Counted from the first letter of the stretch, positions 37,188-48,624 are shown. The stretch: DNA of 64,000 nt from Malonomonas sp. (GCA_036526255.1 DATCYW010000017.1:8675-72674); one strand, 5' to 3'. A program made the numbers and translations. The notes: a model not told the origin generated them from the sequence alone.

Positions 37188-39329
37188 TCAGACTGACCAG
37201 TTGTCTTCGTCTAGGGCGCAGCCACGGTAGGTAAAGGTGGCGCTCCCCTCGGTCGGCCAGCGACCGTTCTCTTTGTCGTTCTGCAGGGCGTGACAGCTAA
37301 GCCCGAGTTTTTCACCCGGGGCGATCAGCAGCGCCGCCAGCGGCACCGCCAGTTCCAGAATCTGATCACAGGCAGCGCGGCCGGTGCCGATCTTTACCCC
37401 CGCCTGATGCAGGTTGAGGGTCTGGGTCGCAAAGCAAAAGCGCAGTTGAAATAGCTGCTGCCCCGAAAGCCGTAGTTCAAAGCTGCCCTGTTCGCCACAC
37501 AGGTGTTTCAGCAGCTCAGCTTGATCCAGTCGGAAGTACAGCTGCTCTCGGTCGTAACCGTAGAACATCTGCTCCAGGCTTTCGCGGTTGGCGTGCATCG
37601 CACCACCGGCGGCCAGATTGATCCGGCCGGCAGCCAGCCATTCGAAATAATCACCGACCCGACCGTCGATCTGCGGCGTAAAGCAGGCGCTTGGCTCTAA
37701 ACTTTCGACGCTGGCTGCCGCGGGTTTGATCGATTGATGCAGCCGGGCCGGCGCGGGCAGCCCTTTCAGGTGGTAGAGGGCTTCAAGGTGCAGCCGGAAC
37801 AGGCGGTCGAAAATATCTGCCTGGGCGGTGACGTGTTCGTCGCCGAACCACCAGAACCAGTCACTCCCTTCGGCGCGCAACAGTTCGCGCACCAGTTCGC
37901 TTAAGGGCTCTGCCGGATTGTTTAGCGCCAGATCGATTTCGTTGCCGATAATTTCATCCCGGGTCTGTTGCAGCAGCTCCCAGGCGCGGTTCTCTTCCGG
38001 GTGGCCGATCCAGGTGGTGAAATCGGAACGGATCCAGGACCCCGCGGCCAGTCGCGTCAGCGGCAGCGGCGTGCTTGCAGCGATGGCATCCTGCACGGTG
38101 GCGAGTTCAAGTTGCGGATCTTTTTGCAGGTTCTGGTAGAGGTCGCGCAAAAACGGGTAGCCGTTTTCGGGATAGCGCTCCCAGCAGTTCTCGCCATCAA
38201 GGATGATCGCGACCGTGCCGCCGGGGGCCTGCGCGGCGATTGTCTGCAGTCGGGTGAGAACGTCGTCGGCCGCTTCGGCCGAATTCCAGCCGGCGTAGAG
38301 AAAGCCGATCCGGTCGGAGAGTTCGCGATCCCGGAACAGCAGCGGCAGCCCGTCATATTGATAGATATTGTAGAGCTTTCTGCGATCTTTAAGCCCTGTG
38401 TCCAGGCTGCGGGCCAGAATGTCCTCGTCGGTGGCCGCCCAGAGCGCGCCCTCTTCGCGCAACAGCCCGGCCGCCGCTTCGCTGACCGCACCTTCTGCCG
38501 GCCACATGCCGCGCGGACGCTGGCCGAGTATCCGGTTGGCGGTCTGCAATCCTTCACGAACCTGCAGGCGCCCGTCATGCGGATGTCTGAAATCGGCCGC
38601 CGGTAATGGCAAGCCCGGGCTTGGCAGCTGCGCCGCGCGCAGGTCGCAGAGCAGCGGCAGAATCGGATGGGCGTACGGGGTCACCGAAATTTCAATCTGT
38701 CCGGCCTGCTCGAGCTGTTTGTGTCGCGCGATGACGCGGGAGACTTCGGCATGGCAGATTTCAAGCAACTGCTGTTTCTGTGCTTCAGTGAAGTTCTCGC
38801 CCTGTTTCAGCAGCGCCGCCAGCACCGGCGTATTCTTGCGCAGATGATAGCCGGTCCAGGCGAGCAGAAACAGCACCTGCAGGTCGCGCAGGTCCTGTGG
38901 TTTGAATTTGTCCAGCTGTGGTGACGAGTCGCCGCCGCGCATCCGGAAGAGCTGATGGTAGCGGCGGTTCGGCAGGATCTGCGTCTCTTCGTTGACGGAG
39001 AAAAACTGCTCGATGATAAACTGCTGCTCGGCGGTTGCCAGCTGTTCAGGCGGCTGGGTCGCCAGGTCCAGCCAGCGGTCACGGTCGCTGCCGTCAGCGT
39101 AACGCTCCAGCTGTTCGAGCAGGGTCGGCACCAGGTTGACCGTTACCCGCGCGCCGGTTTCGGCGATGGTCTCCAGCATCTCGCCGTAGTCCTTCAACCC
39201 GTGCAGCCAGGTCCAGGGGAGCAGCGTCTGACCGCTGACCGGATCCCGATAGTCGGGCTGATGCATGTGCCAGAGGATGCAGACCTTCAGTGGTGCGTTC
39301 AGGCCGGATTTTGTAGCAGTTGCAACCAT
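37188..39329 (-). CDS. GH57 glycoside hydrolase (amylopullulanase/glucanotransferase/branching-type)
   Basis: 'WHMHQP', 'PYAHPILP', nucleophile 'WPAEG', acid/base 'LDGENCWE', 'AEGSDWFWW'. Confidence 0.92.
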   Translation of the reverse strand: MVATATKSGLNAPLKVCILWHMHQPDYRDPVSGQTLLPWTWLHGLKDYGEMLETIAETGARVTVNLVPTLLEQLERYADGSDRDRWLDLATQPPEQLATAEQQFIIEQFFSVNEETQILPNRRYHQLFRMRGGDSSPQLDKFKPQDLRDLQVLFLLAWTGYHLRKNTPVLAALLKQGENFTEAQKQQLLEICHAEVSRVIARHKQLEQAGQIEISVTPYAHPILPLLCDLRAAQLPSPGLPLPAADFRHPHDGRLQVREGLQTANRILGQRPRGMWPAEGAVSEAAAGLLREEGALWAATDEDILARSLDTGLKDRRKLYNIYQYDGLPLLFRDRELSDRIGFLYAGWNSAEAADDVLTRLQTIAAQAPGGTVAIILDGENCWERYPENGYPFLRDLYQNLQKDPQLELATVQDAIAASTPLPLTRLAAGSWIRSDFTTWIGHPEENRAWELLQQTRDEIIGNEIDLALNNPAEPLSELVRELLRAEGSDWFWWFGDEHVTAQADIFDRLFRLHLEALYHLKGLPAPARLHQSIKPAAASVESLEPSACFTPQIDGRVGDYFEWLAAGRINLAAGGAMHANRESLEQMFYGYDREQLYFRLDQAELLKHLCGEQGSFELRLSGQQLFQLRFCFATQTLNLHQAGVKIGTGRAACDQILELAVPLAALLIAPGEKLGLSCHALQNDKENGRWPTEGSATFTYRGCALDEDNWSV

Positions 39330-41818
39330 TGCTCTACCTTTTCGCGATATTCATTCAGCAGCGAATCGGCGCGCTCCGCTTCGACGGCTTCAGCCAGAAT
39401 GTGCACCAGCGGCCGATACGGATCGGGAACCACCAGCACCCAGTCATCACCCAGGTGCACCTTGACGCCGTCGATGAAGGTGGTCTGCAGGTCTGCGCTC
39501 GCCTCGTTCATCAGGCGCATGATGCCGCCTTTGCACTCCCAGCTGCAGGAGAGCTGGATCTTTCGATAGGGGCGCTGCGGGATCTGCGACCGCAGGTCGG
39601 TCATGGTCTCGTCCGCGCGGGCCAGCAGTTCCAGGGTTTTCGCCACCGCGAACAGGGCGTCGAAGTGCGGTTGAAATGCGGTGTAGGCAATCCGGCCCTC
39701 CAGGTCGCCGACCAGATGATTCTCTTTGTCTGTCGCGGCAACGCCCAGCGAGCGACCATCCCCTTTGGTGCGGACGACATTGATGCGCTTGCTGCGGACA
39801 ATCTCTTCCAGGGTGTGGGGCGCCGCGATCGGTACGGCAATCGAACCGCCCTGCGTGGTTTTGGCGATCAGCGTCGCAGAGAGAGTCAAGACTTCGATAT
39901 CGCTAAAAATTTTACCGCTGCCGTCGACGAAAATAGAGCGTTCACCAGAAGGTCCAAGCCAGAAGCCCGCAGTCGCATTCAGGGCGGTGACGATCTTGCC
40001 CATCCGTTTCAGGGCGTCCGTCTGTTCTTCGGCCAGCGGCGGGATGTGGTTTTCATCAATCTGTGCGTTCAGTTCGATAACCTCGCAACCGAGACGGTTG
40101 AGCAGACGCGGCAGCAGGTCGGCGGCGGGGGAGTGGTTGAGGTCGATCACCACCCGCGGCTTGGCTTTGCTCAGCACCTCGCGATCGAGGGCGCGGAGGA
40201 AGCCATCCTGATAGTATTCGTAGAGATTCGGTAGTTCGGAGATCGAGCCCGGCTCACTGTAGTGAACGCGGCGGAAGTTTTCTTTGTAGTAGATCCGCTC
40301 GATCGCTTTGGCCGCGGCTGATGAGAGTTCCAGCCCCTGCTCATCAAAAAAGACGATTTCTGTCACCGATGAATCACGTGCCGACTGCCGAAAATGCACC
40401 CCGCCGATTTCTCCGAAAGTGGTCAGTTTGTAACGCAGCACCGGCAAAGGGACGCGCTTGACATCGCGGGCGTTGATTCCTGCCGATAGCAGGCCGCCGA
40501 CGAAGGCGCGTTTCAGCATGCGCGAGGAGCGCAGCGCATCGCGACCGATGAGGATAAAGCTGTCCTTCGGCAGTGTCGAGCCGTAGGCCGCGCCGAGTTT
40601 TGCGGCAAATTCAGGAGTCAGTTCGATGTTGGTCAGTCCCTTGACCACTGCCCCTTCGAACAGGCTGCGGCGCCAGGTTTCTCCCCAGATCATGTTGCTG
40701 GTGACGATGGCGCTGTTTTCGATGATTTTGCTCGGCCATATTTTGACGTCGGCGTTGATCGTCGCATCAGCACCGACATTTGAACCATCGCCGACCACCA
40801 CACCCGCCTTGATGGTGGCGCCGGTGCCGATTCGCACGTTCTGACCGAGGACCGCATCAGTGATCTTGGCGTTGGCCTTGACGTATACGTTGTCCCAGAG
40901 GACGGTATTTTCGAGTTGGGCACCCTCTTCGATAACGCAGTTGCGGCCGATGATGCAGTTTTTCAGCTTTGGTGCGCCGATCAGGCGGGTGTTGTCACCC
41001 AGGATGACCGTGCCTTCGAGCATCGCCAGGCTGTCCGGGTTGGCGGTCGCTTCAGCGCCCAGGTACAGCCCTTTCTGCCCGCTCAGCGGCCGCTCTTCGA
41101 TATTGACGCTGGCCTTGCCGCTGAGGATGTCCTTGCTGGTTTCGAGGTAGGCGTCGGTGTTGCCGATATCCTGCCAGTAGCCTTTCAAGGTACAGCCGTA
41201 GAGCGGGGCCTTGCGCTCCAGCATCAGGGGAAAAACATCCTTTGACCAGTCGCGGTTTTCCCCCTCGGGGATCAGGTCCAGCACTTCCGGTTCGAGAATG
41301 TAGATGCCGGTGTTGATGGTGTCGGAGAAAACTTCACCCCAATCCGGTTTTTCCAGAAACTTGGTGATCTCACCTTCGGGATTGGTGATGACTACCCCGA
41401 ACTGCAGCGGGTCGGGCACCGGCGTTAGAGTCAGGGTCGCCTGGGCCTGCTTCTCTTTATGGAAGGCGATCGCCGCGCCCAGGTCGAAATCGGTCAGCAG
41501 ATCGCCGCTGATGATCATGAAGCGCTCATCCAGATGACGCGCCGCCGCCTTGACCGCGCCCGCGGTACCCAGGTCTTCGAGGGGGGTGACGTAGGTGATC
41601 TCAACGCCGTATTCGCTGCCGTCGCCGAAGAATTTCTTGATTGTTTCCGGCTGAAAATAGAGCAGGATCACCAGCTCGGTGATGCCGTGCTTTTTCAGCA
41701 GATCGACAATGTGCAGCATGATCGGGCGATTGCAGAGGGAAACCATCGGCTTGGGTACGTTGATCGAGAGCGGATGCAGGCGGGTGCCGAAGCCTCCGGC
41801 CATGATGACTGCTTTCAT
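39299..41818 (-). CDS. Sugar-1-phosphate nucleotidyltransferase + LbH + degenerate phosphomutase fusion (MPG/PMM type)
   Basis: 'MAGGFGTRL', 'KPMV', 'GTAG', 'FLEKP', 'WQDIG'; hexapeptide repeats; PMM fold lacking SHN and DxDxD motifs. Confidence 0.88.
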   Translation of the reverse strand: MKAVIMAGGFGTRLHPLSINVPKPMVSLCNRPIMLHIVDLLKKHGITELVILLYFQPETIKKFFGDGSEYGVEITYVTPLEDLGTAGAVKAAARHLDERFMIISGDLLTDFDLGAAIAFHKEKQAQATLTLTPVPDPLQFGVVITNPEGEITKFLEKPDWGEVFSDTINTGIYILEPEVLDLIPEGENRDWSKDVFPLMLERKAPLYGCTLKGYWQDIGNTDAYLETSKDILSGKASVNIEERPLSGQKGLYLGAEATANPDSLAMLEGTVILGDNTRLIGAPKLKNCIIGRNCVIEEGAQLENTVLWDNVYVKANAKITDAVLGQNVRIGTGATIKAGVVVGDGSNVGADATINADVKIWPSKIIENSAIVTSNMIWGETWRRSLFEGAVVKGLTNIELTPEFAAKLGAAYGSTLPKDSFILIGRDALRSSRMLKRAFVGGLLSAGINARDVKRVPLPVLRYKLTTFGEIGGVHFRQSARDSSVTEIVFFDEQGLELSSAAAKAIERIYYKENFRRVHYSEPGSISELPNLYEYYQDGFLRALDREVLSKAKPRVVIDLNHSPAADLLPRLLNRLGCEVIELNAQIDENHIPPLAEEQTDALKRMGKIVTALNATAGFWLGPSGERSIFVDGSGKIFSDIEVLTLSATLIAKTTQGGSIAVPIAAPHTLEEIVRSKRINVVRTKGDGRSLGVAATDKENHLVGDLEGRIAYTAFQPHFDALFAVAKTLELLARADETMTDLRSQIPQRPYRKIQLSCSWECKGGIMRLMNEASADLQTTFIDGVKVHLGDDWVLVVPDPYRPLVHILAEAVEAERADSLLNEYREKVEQWLQLLQNPA

Positions 41819-41916
41819 TAAGACTCCTTTTTTGATAACAGGTCAGGATTTATCAAGAGATTAAACACCAGAACGCTGGTTAGTTGTCAGAAAATGTCGT
41901 GAAAAAGCGGGTTTGG

Positions 41917-42273
41917 CTACTTGCGTTTGAGCAGGCGTCTGACTTCCGATTTCAGTTCTCCCAGGTCGGAACTTTTGACGATGTAGGCGTCGGCCAGCCA
42001 TGAAGAGAAATCATCCTTGTAGCAATTGTAGGCACTACAGAGAATCACCGGCAGACCGGAGCGCTCTTTGACGATGGTTTGCAGCATATCGAGACCGCTC
42101 TCCTGCTTGATCTGGATGTCAAGAACGACCAGGTCGATCTGCTGACTGGCGAGGATCTCGGCGGCGGCGGCGCAGTTTCCGGCGCTAACCACTTGATAAC
42201 CTTCATCTTCCAGTTCGGCAGTGTAGAGCAATCTCAAGCCGGGTTCATCATCGACCACCAGGATTGTCGCCAT
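41917..42273 (-). CDS. Single-domain response regulator heading the alpha-glucan operon
   Basis: 'ILVVDDE', 'LVVLDIQI', 'CSA', 'YIVKS'; AAGGAG RBS before ATG 42273. Confidence 0.92.
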   Translation of the reverse strand: MATILVVDDEPGLRLLYTAELEDEGYQVVSAGNCAAAAEILASQQIDLVVLDIQIKQESGLDMLQTIVKERSGLPVILCSAYNCYKDDFSSWLADAYIVKSSDLGELKSEVRRLLKRK

Positions 42274-42323
42274 GCTGGATCTCCTTGCTGTGTGAGAAAA
42301 AGATGTTCGCTGATCGGTCTGCA

Positions 42324-42351
42324 ATTGTAACAGTTTGGGCACAGATGGCAA
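42324..42351 (-). promoter_or_regulatory. Extended -10 sigma70-type promoter for the response regulator/alpha-glucan operon
   Basis: Minus strand TTGCCA-16 nt-TACAAT with a TG extension. Confidence 0.6.
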
Positions 42352-42408
42352 TGACGGAAACCGAGAAGTTTCTTGCCCTGCATGCGCTGGGCTGGCATAG
42401 TCGCCGGC

Positions 42409-43329
42409 ATGCGAAAAAAAGCCTTTAATCTCTACTCGACCCATCTCAAACAGCGCTTCGGTGGTCGGGTTCACAAGATATCTATCGATGCCGGTTTCAG
42501 CTGCCCAAATCGGCAAGGCGGCCGTGCGGAGCATGGCTGTCTGTTCTGCGCACCCGGTGGCTCAGGGTCGGTCGGCATCGAACGCGATCAGTCGATTGCC
42601 GTCCAGTTGGAACGAGCCAAGGGGTTGATGAGCCGGAAGTACCGCGCCAAGTGGTTTATCGCCTACTTCCAGCCCTATTCAAACACCTATGCTCCGGTGG
42701 CACATTTGCGTGATTGCTACGATCAGGCGCTGGCGGTCAAGGATGTCGTCGGTCTGGCGATCGGCACCCGTCCCGACTGTCTGCCACCGGAAACCCTGGA
42801 TCTGCTCGCTGAATATCATCAGCAGACCTACCTCTGGCTGGAGATCGGCCTGCAGACCATCCACAACCGCAGCCTCGATTTCCTGCAACGCGGCCACGAT
42901 TACCAGTGTTTTCTCGCCGCTTACCAGCAGGCGAAAGCGCGGGGCCTAAGGGTCTGTGTGCATCTGATTCTTGGCCTGCCGGGGGAGTCGCGTGAGGACA
43001 TTCTGGCCACGGCGCGCGAGATGGCCCGTCTCAAGGTTGATGGCGTGAAATTGCACTTACTGCATGTTCTGCGGGGAACTCCGCTGGGTGATCTCTACCT
43101 GCAGGGGCAGGTGCCGATGCTCGAGATGCAGGAATATGTCGAGCTGGCGGTTGACTTTATCGAACTGCTGCATCCAGACACGCTGATTCAGCGTCTGACC
43201 GGTGACGGTCCCCGTGACATCCTGCTGGCGCCATTGTGGTCGATGGACAAATGGGAGGTGCTCAATGCGATCGACGCTGAACTGGAAAAGCGGGGTTCAA
43301 TGCAGGGGGATAGCTACCGAGTGGACTGA
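42409..43329 (+). CDS. TIGR01212/YhcC-family radical SAM protein
   Basis: 'IDAGFSCPNR...GCLFC', 'YFQPYSNTY', 'IGTRPDC', 'EIGLQT', 'HLILGLP', 'VKLHLLH'. Confidence 0.92.
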   Translation: MRKKAFNLYSTHLKQRFGGRVHKISIDAGFSCPNRQGGRAEHGCLFCAPGGSGSVGIERDQSIAVQLERAKGLMSRKYRAKWFIAYFQPYSNTYAPVAHLRDCYDQALAVKDVVGLAIGTRPDCLPPETLDLLAEYHQQTYLWLEIGLQTIHNRSLDFLQRGHDYQCFLAAYQQAKARGLRVCVHLILGLPGESREDILATAREMARLKVDGVKLHLLHVLRGTPLGDLYLQGQVPMLEMQEYVELAVDFIELLHPDTLIQRLTGDGPRDILLAPLWSMDKWEVLNAIDAELEKRGSMQGDSYRVD

Positions 43330-43388
43330 ATATGGAAACGCCTACGCCTTGCAAAGCAAGGATGGCAGATTCCTTGATGAGCGACCGG

Positions 43389-43514
43389 TTAGTACCCGGA
43401 GCTGACCTGGACCTGAGGTTGCTGAGCGGCTTGAGGCTCGGAGGCGGATCCCCATGAGAGGAGCAGCACCGAAGCCCACAGCAGGCTTATAATGAGGATA
43501 GTGAGTCGAAACAT
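43389..43514 (-). CDS. Candidate leaderless small membrane/secreted protein (41 aa)
   Basis: MFRLTILIISLLWASVLLLSWGSASEPQAAQQPQVQVSSGY; no SD, but a promoter -10 ends 7 nt before the ATG. Confidence 0.45.
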   Translation of the reverse strand: MFRLTILIISLLWASVLLLSWGSASEPQAAQQPQVQVSSGY

Positions 43515-43521
43515 GGCGCGC

Positions 43522-43550
43522 AATCTAGCAGAGTGAATCGCCGGATACAA
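43522..43550 (-). promoter_or_regulatory. Sigma70-type promoter positioned for leaderless initiation
   Basis: Minus strand TTGTAT-17 nt-TAGATT-7 nt-ATG. Confidence 0.5.
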
Positions 43551-43693
43551 TAGAAGATTTTCAAGCAGGCATTTTTTTTCTTTCCCCCTTGCCGCGTTTT
43601 GTCGCTGCGTGATATGTTCCCGTTTCCACGGACAAAAGCCAGCCCGAGCGCTCACTTCGCTTACGTTTTTACCTTCTTTCTATAAGTCATTGA

Positions 43694-45736
<2,043 letters not shown>

Positions 45737-45772
45737 TCGATCGCCTGTTGAATCAAAAGAACTGAAAGGGGT

Positions 45773-46168
45773 ATGAAGATGTCGATGCAGATCAGTTTTC
45801 CCGGCGGCGTTGCCGTGGCCGCCCAGCTTGGCGAGTTCAGCCTGTTGACCGACCAACCGGTCGCCTCCGGAGGCGCCAACAGCGCCCCCTCGCCCTATGC
45901 CATGTTTCTGGCCTCGATCGGCACCTGCGCCGGTTTTTTTGCGCTGCGTTTCTGTCAGCAGCGCGAGATCGCCACCGAAGGGCTGGGGTTGAGTCTGGAT
46001 ATTGAGCGGGATGCCGAGAGCCGCGAGCTGCGCAAGGTGAAAATCGCTATTCAGCTGCCGCCGGGGTTTCCCGAGAAGTACCGCAAAGCGATCATCAAGG
46101 CGACCGATCAGTGTGCGGTCAAGCAGGCGATAATCGCTCAGCCGCAATTTGAAGTCACGACGAACTGA
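45773..46168 (+). CDS. OsmC/Ohr-family protein
   Basis: 'TDQP...GG...PSP', 'ASIGTCAG', second Cys in 'DQCAVK'. Confidence 0.88.
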   Translation: MKMSMQISFPGGVAVAAQLGEFSLLTDQPVASGGANSAPSPYAMFLASIGTCAGFFALRFCQQREIATEGLGLSLDIERDAESRELRKVKIAIQLPPGFPEKYRKAIIKATDQCAVKQAIIAQPQFEVTTN

Positions 46169-46172
46169 AGAC

Positions 46173-46211
46173 AGAAAGACGGGCCATCAGCAGCTGGTGG
46201 CCCGTCTTTCT
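46173..46211. terminator. Bidirectional terminator
   Basis: AGAAAGACGGGCCATCAG-CAG-CTGGTGGCCCGTCTTTCT between convergent genes. Confidence 0.82.
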
Positions 46212-47089
46212 TATTTCTGCAGATAATCCGCCGCCTGATCAATCAGGTAGCGGGCGATGCTGCGTTGCGGCGGAATGGTCGGCAGCTGATCGAGTTTGTA
46301 CCAGCCGCCGCCGTCCAGTTCGGCCGCTTCCAGTTCGATTTCGCCGCTGACATAGTCGGCGACGAAGCCGGTCATCAGCTGGCTGGGGAAGGGCCAGCAC
46401 TGGCTGCCGAGGTAGCGGATGTTGTTGATGACCAGCCCGGTCTCTTCGAGCACTTCTCGCGCCATCGCCTCTTCCAGACATTCGCCGAACTCGACAAATC
46501 CCGCCACCAGGCCGAAGCGCCCGTCAGCCCACTCAGGCTTGCGCACCAGCAGAATTTCATCCCCTTTGATGACCAGGCCGATAACGCAGGGATGAACCCG
46601 CGGGTAGTGCTGCTTCTGGCAGGCCTGACACTGTTTTCCCCATTGACCGGAGATGTGCCGCAAGGTGCCGCCGCAGTAGCCGCAGTGCCGGCTTGAGCGT
46701 TCCCAATGCAGGATCATCTGGCCGACACCGGCCAGCGAGAGCAGCGCCAGCGGGATTTGCGGGTTCTTGTCGAGCAGCGAGTGGGCCTGCAGATGAGCCG
46801 GTATCTCAGCGTTGCGTGACACTGTCAACAGTCGACAGGGGAGACCGTCCCAGCTGCCGATATAGAGTGGCGGGGTGTCACTGGTGAGCAGCGGCGAGTC
46901 TCCCGCGGGGAGTTGCGGCCCCTGTTCGTCGGCAGTCGTCAGCAGCGCGCTGCCTTGCAGCACCAGCCAAACGCCACTGCTGGCAGGGTCTTCCTCGGGG
47001 GGCGCTATTTTGAAACGCTGGTCAAGGCTGGCGCTATTAAACGGCAGATCGACCGGGCTGGGGTAACTATCTGGCAAGCCAAGCTTCAT
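46211..47089 (-). CDS. nudC: NAD(H) pyrophosphatase / NAD-cap decapping enzyme
   Basis: Zn ribbon 'CGYCG...CQAC', Nudix box 'GFVEFGECLEEAMAREVLEETG', 'SQCWPFP'. Confidence 0.92.
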   Translation of the reverse strand: MKLGLPDSYPSPVDLPFNSASLDQRFKIAPPEEDPASSGVWLVLQGSALLTTADEQGPQLPAGDSPLLTSDTPPLYIGSWDGLPCRLLTVSRNAEIPAHLQAHSLLDKNPQIPLALLSLAGVGQMILHWERSSRHCGYCGGTLRHISGQWGKQCQACQKQHYPRVHPCVIGLVIKGDEILLVRKPEWADGRFGLVAGFVEFGECLEEAMAREVLEETGLVINNIRYLGSQCWPFPSQLMTGFVADYVSGEIELEAAELDGGGWYKLDQLPTIPPQRSIARYLIDQAADYLQK

Positions 47090-47616
47090 TTTAAGATTCC
47101 TTGTCGCCGGGCGTAACGCAATAGCGTTATCTGGGTTTTTGCATCGACGATCTGGCCACTTTCTATCATCCCCAGCGCTTGCTCAAGCGAGCAGATCTGC
47201 GGCTCAATGAACTCATCCGGCTCGAGGGCCGTGGCGGTTTTCTCAAGCTTGCTGGCGATGTAGAGATGGATTTTTTCATTGCAGAAGCCGATGCTGCTGT
47301 AGATGAATCCCAGCGATGCTACGGCGCTGGTCCGGTAGCCGATCTCCTCGACCAGTTCCCGTTCGATACAGTCTGCACCATCTTCGCCCGGTTCCAGTCG
47401 ACCGGCGGGTATTTCCCAGACAAAGTCTTCGGCCGCCGGTCGGAACTGACGGATCAGGATGACCCGGCTGTCGTCGAGGACCGGCAGGGCGGCGGCACCG
47501 CCCGGATGTTGAATGATCTCAAATTTCGCCAATCGCTGATCGGGCATGCGATGGGTTTCGCGGGCAAGGTCGAGAATCCTGCCGCGATGAATGATTTCTT
47601 CCGTTTGTTTGCTCAC
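47086..47616 (-). CDS. Nudix hydrolase, ADP-ribose pyrophosphatase-like
   Basis: 'HPGGAAALP', 'QFRPA', 'EIPAGRLEPGE...RELVEEIG'; overlaps the nudC start. Confidence 0.9.
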   Translation of the reverse strand: MSKQTEEIIHRGRILDLARETHRMPDQRLAKFEIIQHPGGAAALPVLDDSRVILIRQFRPAAEDFVWEIPAGRLEPGEDGADCIERELVEEIGYRTSAVASLGFIYSSIGFCNEKIHLYIASKLEKTATALEPDEFIEPQICSLEQALGMIESGQIVDAKTQITLLRYARRQGILK

Positions 47617-47848
47617 GATAAAGGTCCTTTCGGTTGCGCCTGAGTGTAGAGGAAAGCTGCTGTCGTCGCAATCCAGATAGTCGTCTTGCAGAGTTTACGG
47701 CTTAGAGAATAGAGTGGTTTGTGGGCAGAAGAATAAGAAACATTAAAATAGGATAGAATTTACTATCCCCCATGAGAAAAATGATATAGTTTCTCCTGTC
47801 AGATTCTTAGGTAACTGTTTTATCCCCCTGAACAAGCGGATTCAAACG

Positions 47849-48229
47849 ATGGCCGAAAACCAAGTACGGATACTTTATGTCGATGACGAAGAGTCTCTCG
47901 CCCTGCTCGGCGAAGAGTTGCTTGGCGACCTGGGTTACCAGGTTCGTAGCGCTTTGTCTGGCAGTATGGCTTTTGAGTTGTTTCAGCAGGATCCGCAGGC
48001 GTTTGATCTGTTGATCACCGACGAGTCGATGCCGGGGATCACCGGTATCGAGCTGGCGCAGCAGGTCTATCGTATCAACCCGCAGTTGCCGGTGGTGCTC
48101 TGTTCCGGTCATTTACTGACGATGCATGAAGCGGGGATGGAAAATACCAATGTCCGGGCGGTGTTGTTGAAAACCGAGGTTTGTAACAAGCTTCCGGAAA
48201 TCATCGAAAAACTGCTGGCCAAATCCTGA
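47849..48229 (+). CDS. Orphan single-domain response regulator
   Basis: 'ILYVDDE', 'DLLITDESMPG', 'CSG', 'LLK'. Confidence 0.88.
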   Translation: MAENQVRILYVDDEESLALLGEELLGDLGYQVRSALSGSMAFELFQQDPQAFDLLITDESMPGITGIELAQQVYRINPQLPVVLCSGHLLTMHEAGMENTNVRAVLLKTEVCNKLPEIIEKLLAKS

Positions 48230-48252
48230 ATTCTCTCGTTTCACCCACAAAA

Positions 48253-48284
48253 AACAGCCGCTCCAATCCTTTGGAGCGGCTGTT
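48253..48284. terminator. Bidirectional terminator
   Basis: AACAGCCGCTCCAA-TCCT-TTGGAGCGGCTGTT between convergent genes. Confidence 0.85.
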
Positions 48285-48288
48285 CTGT

Positions 48289-48603
48289 TTAGAGCGACAG
48301 GGTAATAATAATCAGCAAAAGCAGCACGCCGCCGATGATCAGTGTCAGCGGTAACTTCTTGCCGGTCTGGGCCGGCGAAGTCTTTTCCAGCTTGCCGACC
48401 ACCGGGAAGCGTTCTATCACCGTGCGCACATGCGGTGCGGTTTTGAGGGACTCGGTCAGATCCTGCCCGGCCTGATGAACCCCTTCGTGGTTACCCTTTT
48501 TCCAGCGCTCGCTGGCACTGACGTCATAAACGGTGCCGCTGACAGCGACATAGGCCGGCTGGCCGTTACGGCCGTCGTTACTGGCCAGTTCCGCAGCATT
48601 CAT
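48289..48603 (-). CDS. Cytochrome b5-like heme/steroid-binding protein with C-terminal anchor
   Basis: 'YVAVSGTVYDVS...W..GNH...HQAGQDLT...APH...RFPVVG', hydrophobic tail. Confidence 0.88.
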   Translation of the reverse strand: MNAAELASNDGRNGQPAYVAVSGTVYDVSASERWKKGNHEGVHQAGQDLTESLKTAPHVRTVIERFPVVGKLEKTSPAQTGKKLPLTLIIGGVLLLLIIITLSL

Positions 48604-48624
48604 CGGTTCCTCCCTCGCTCGAAT

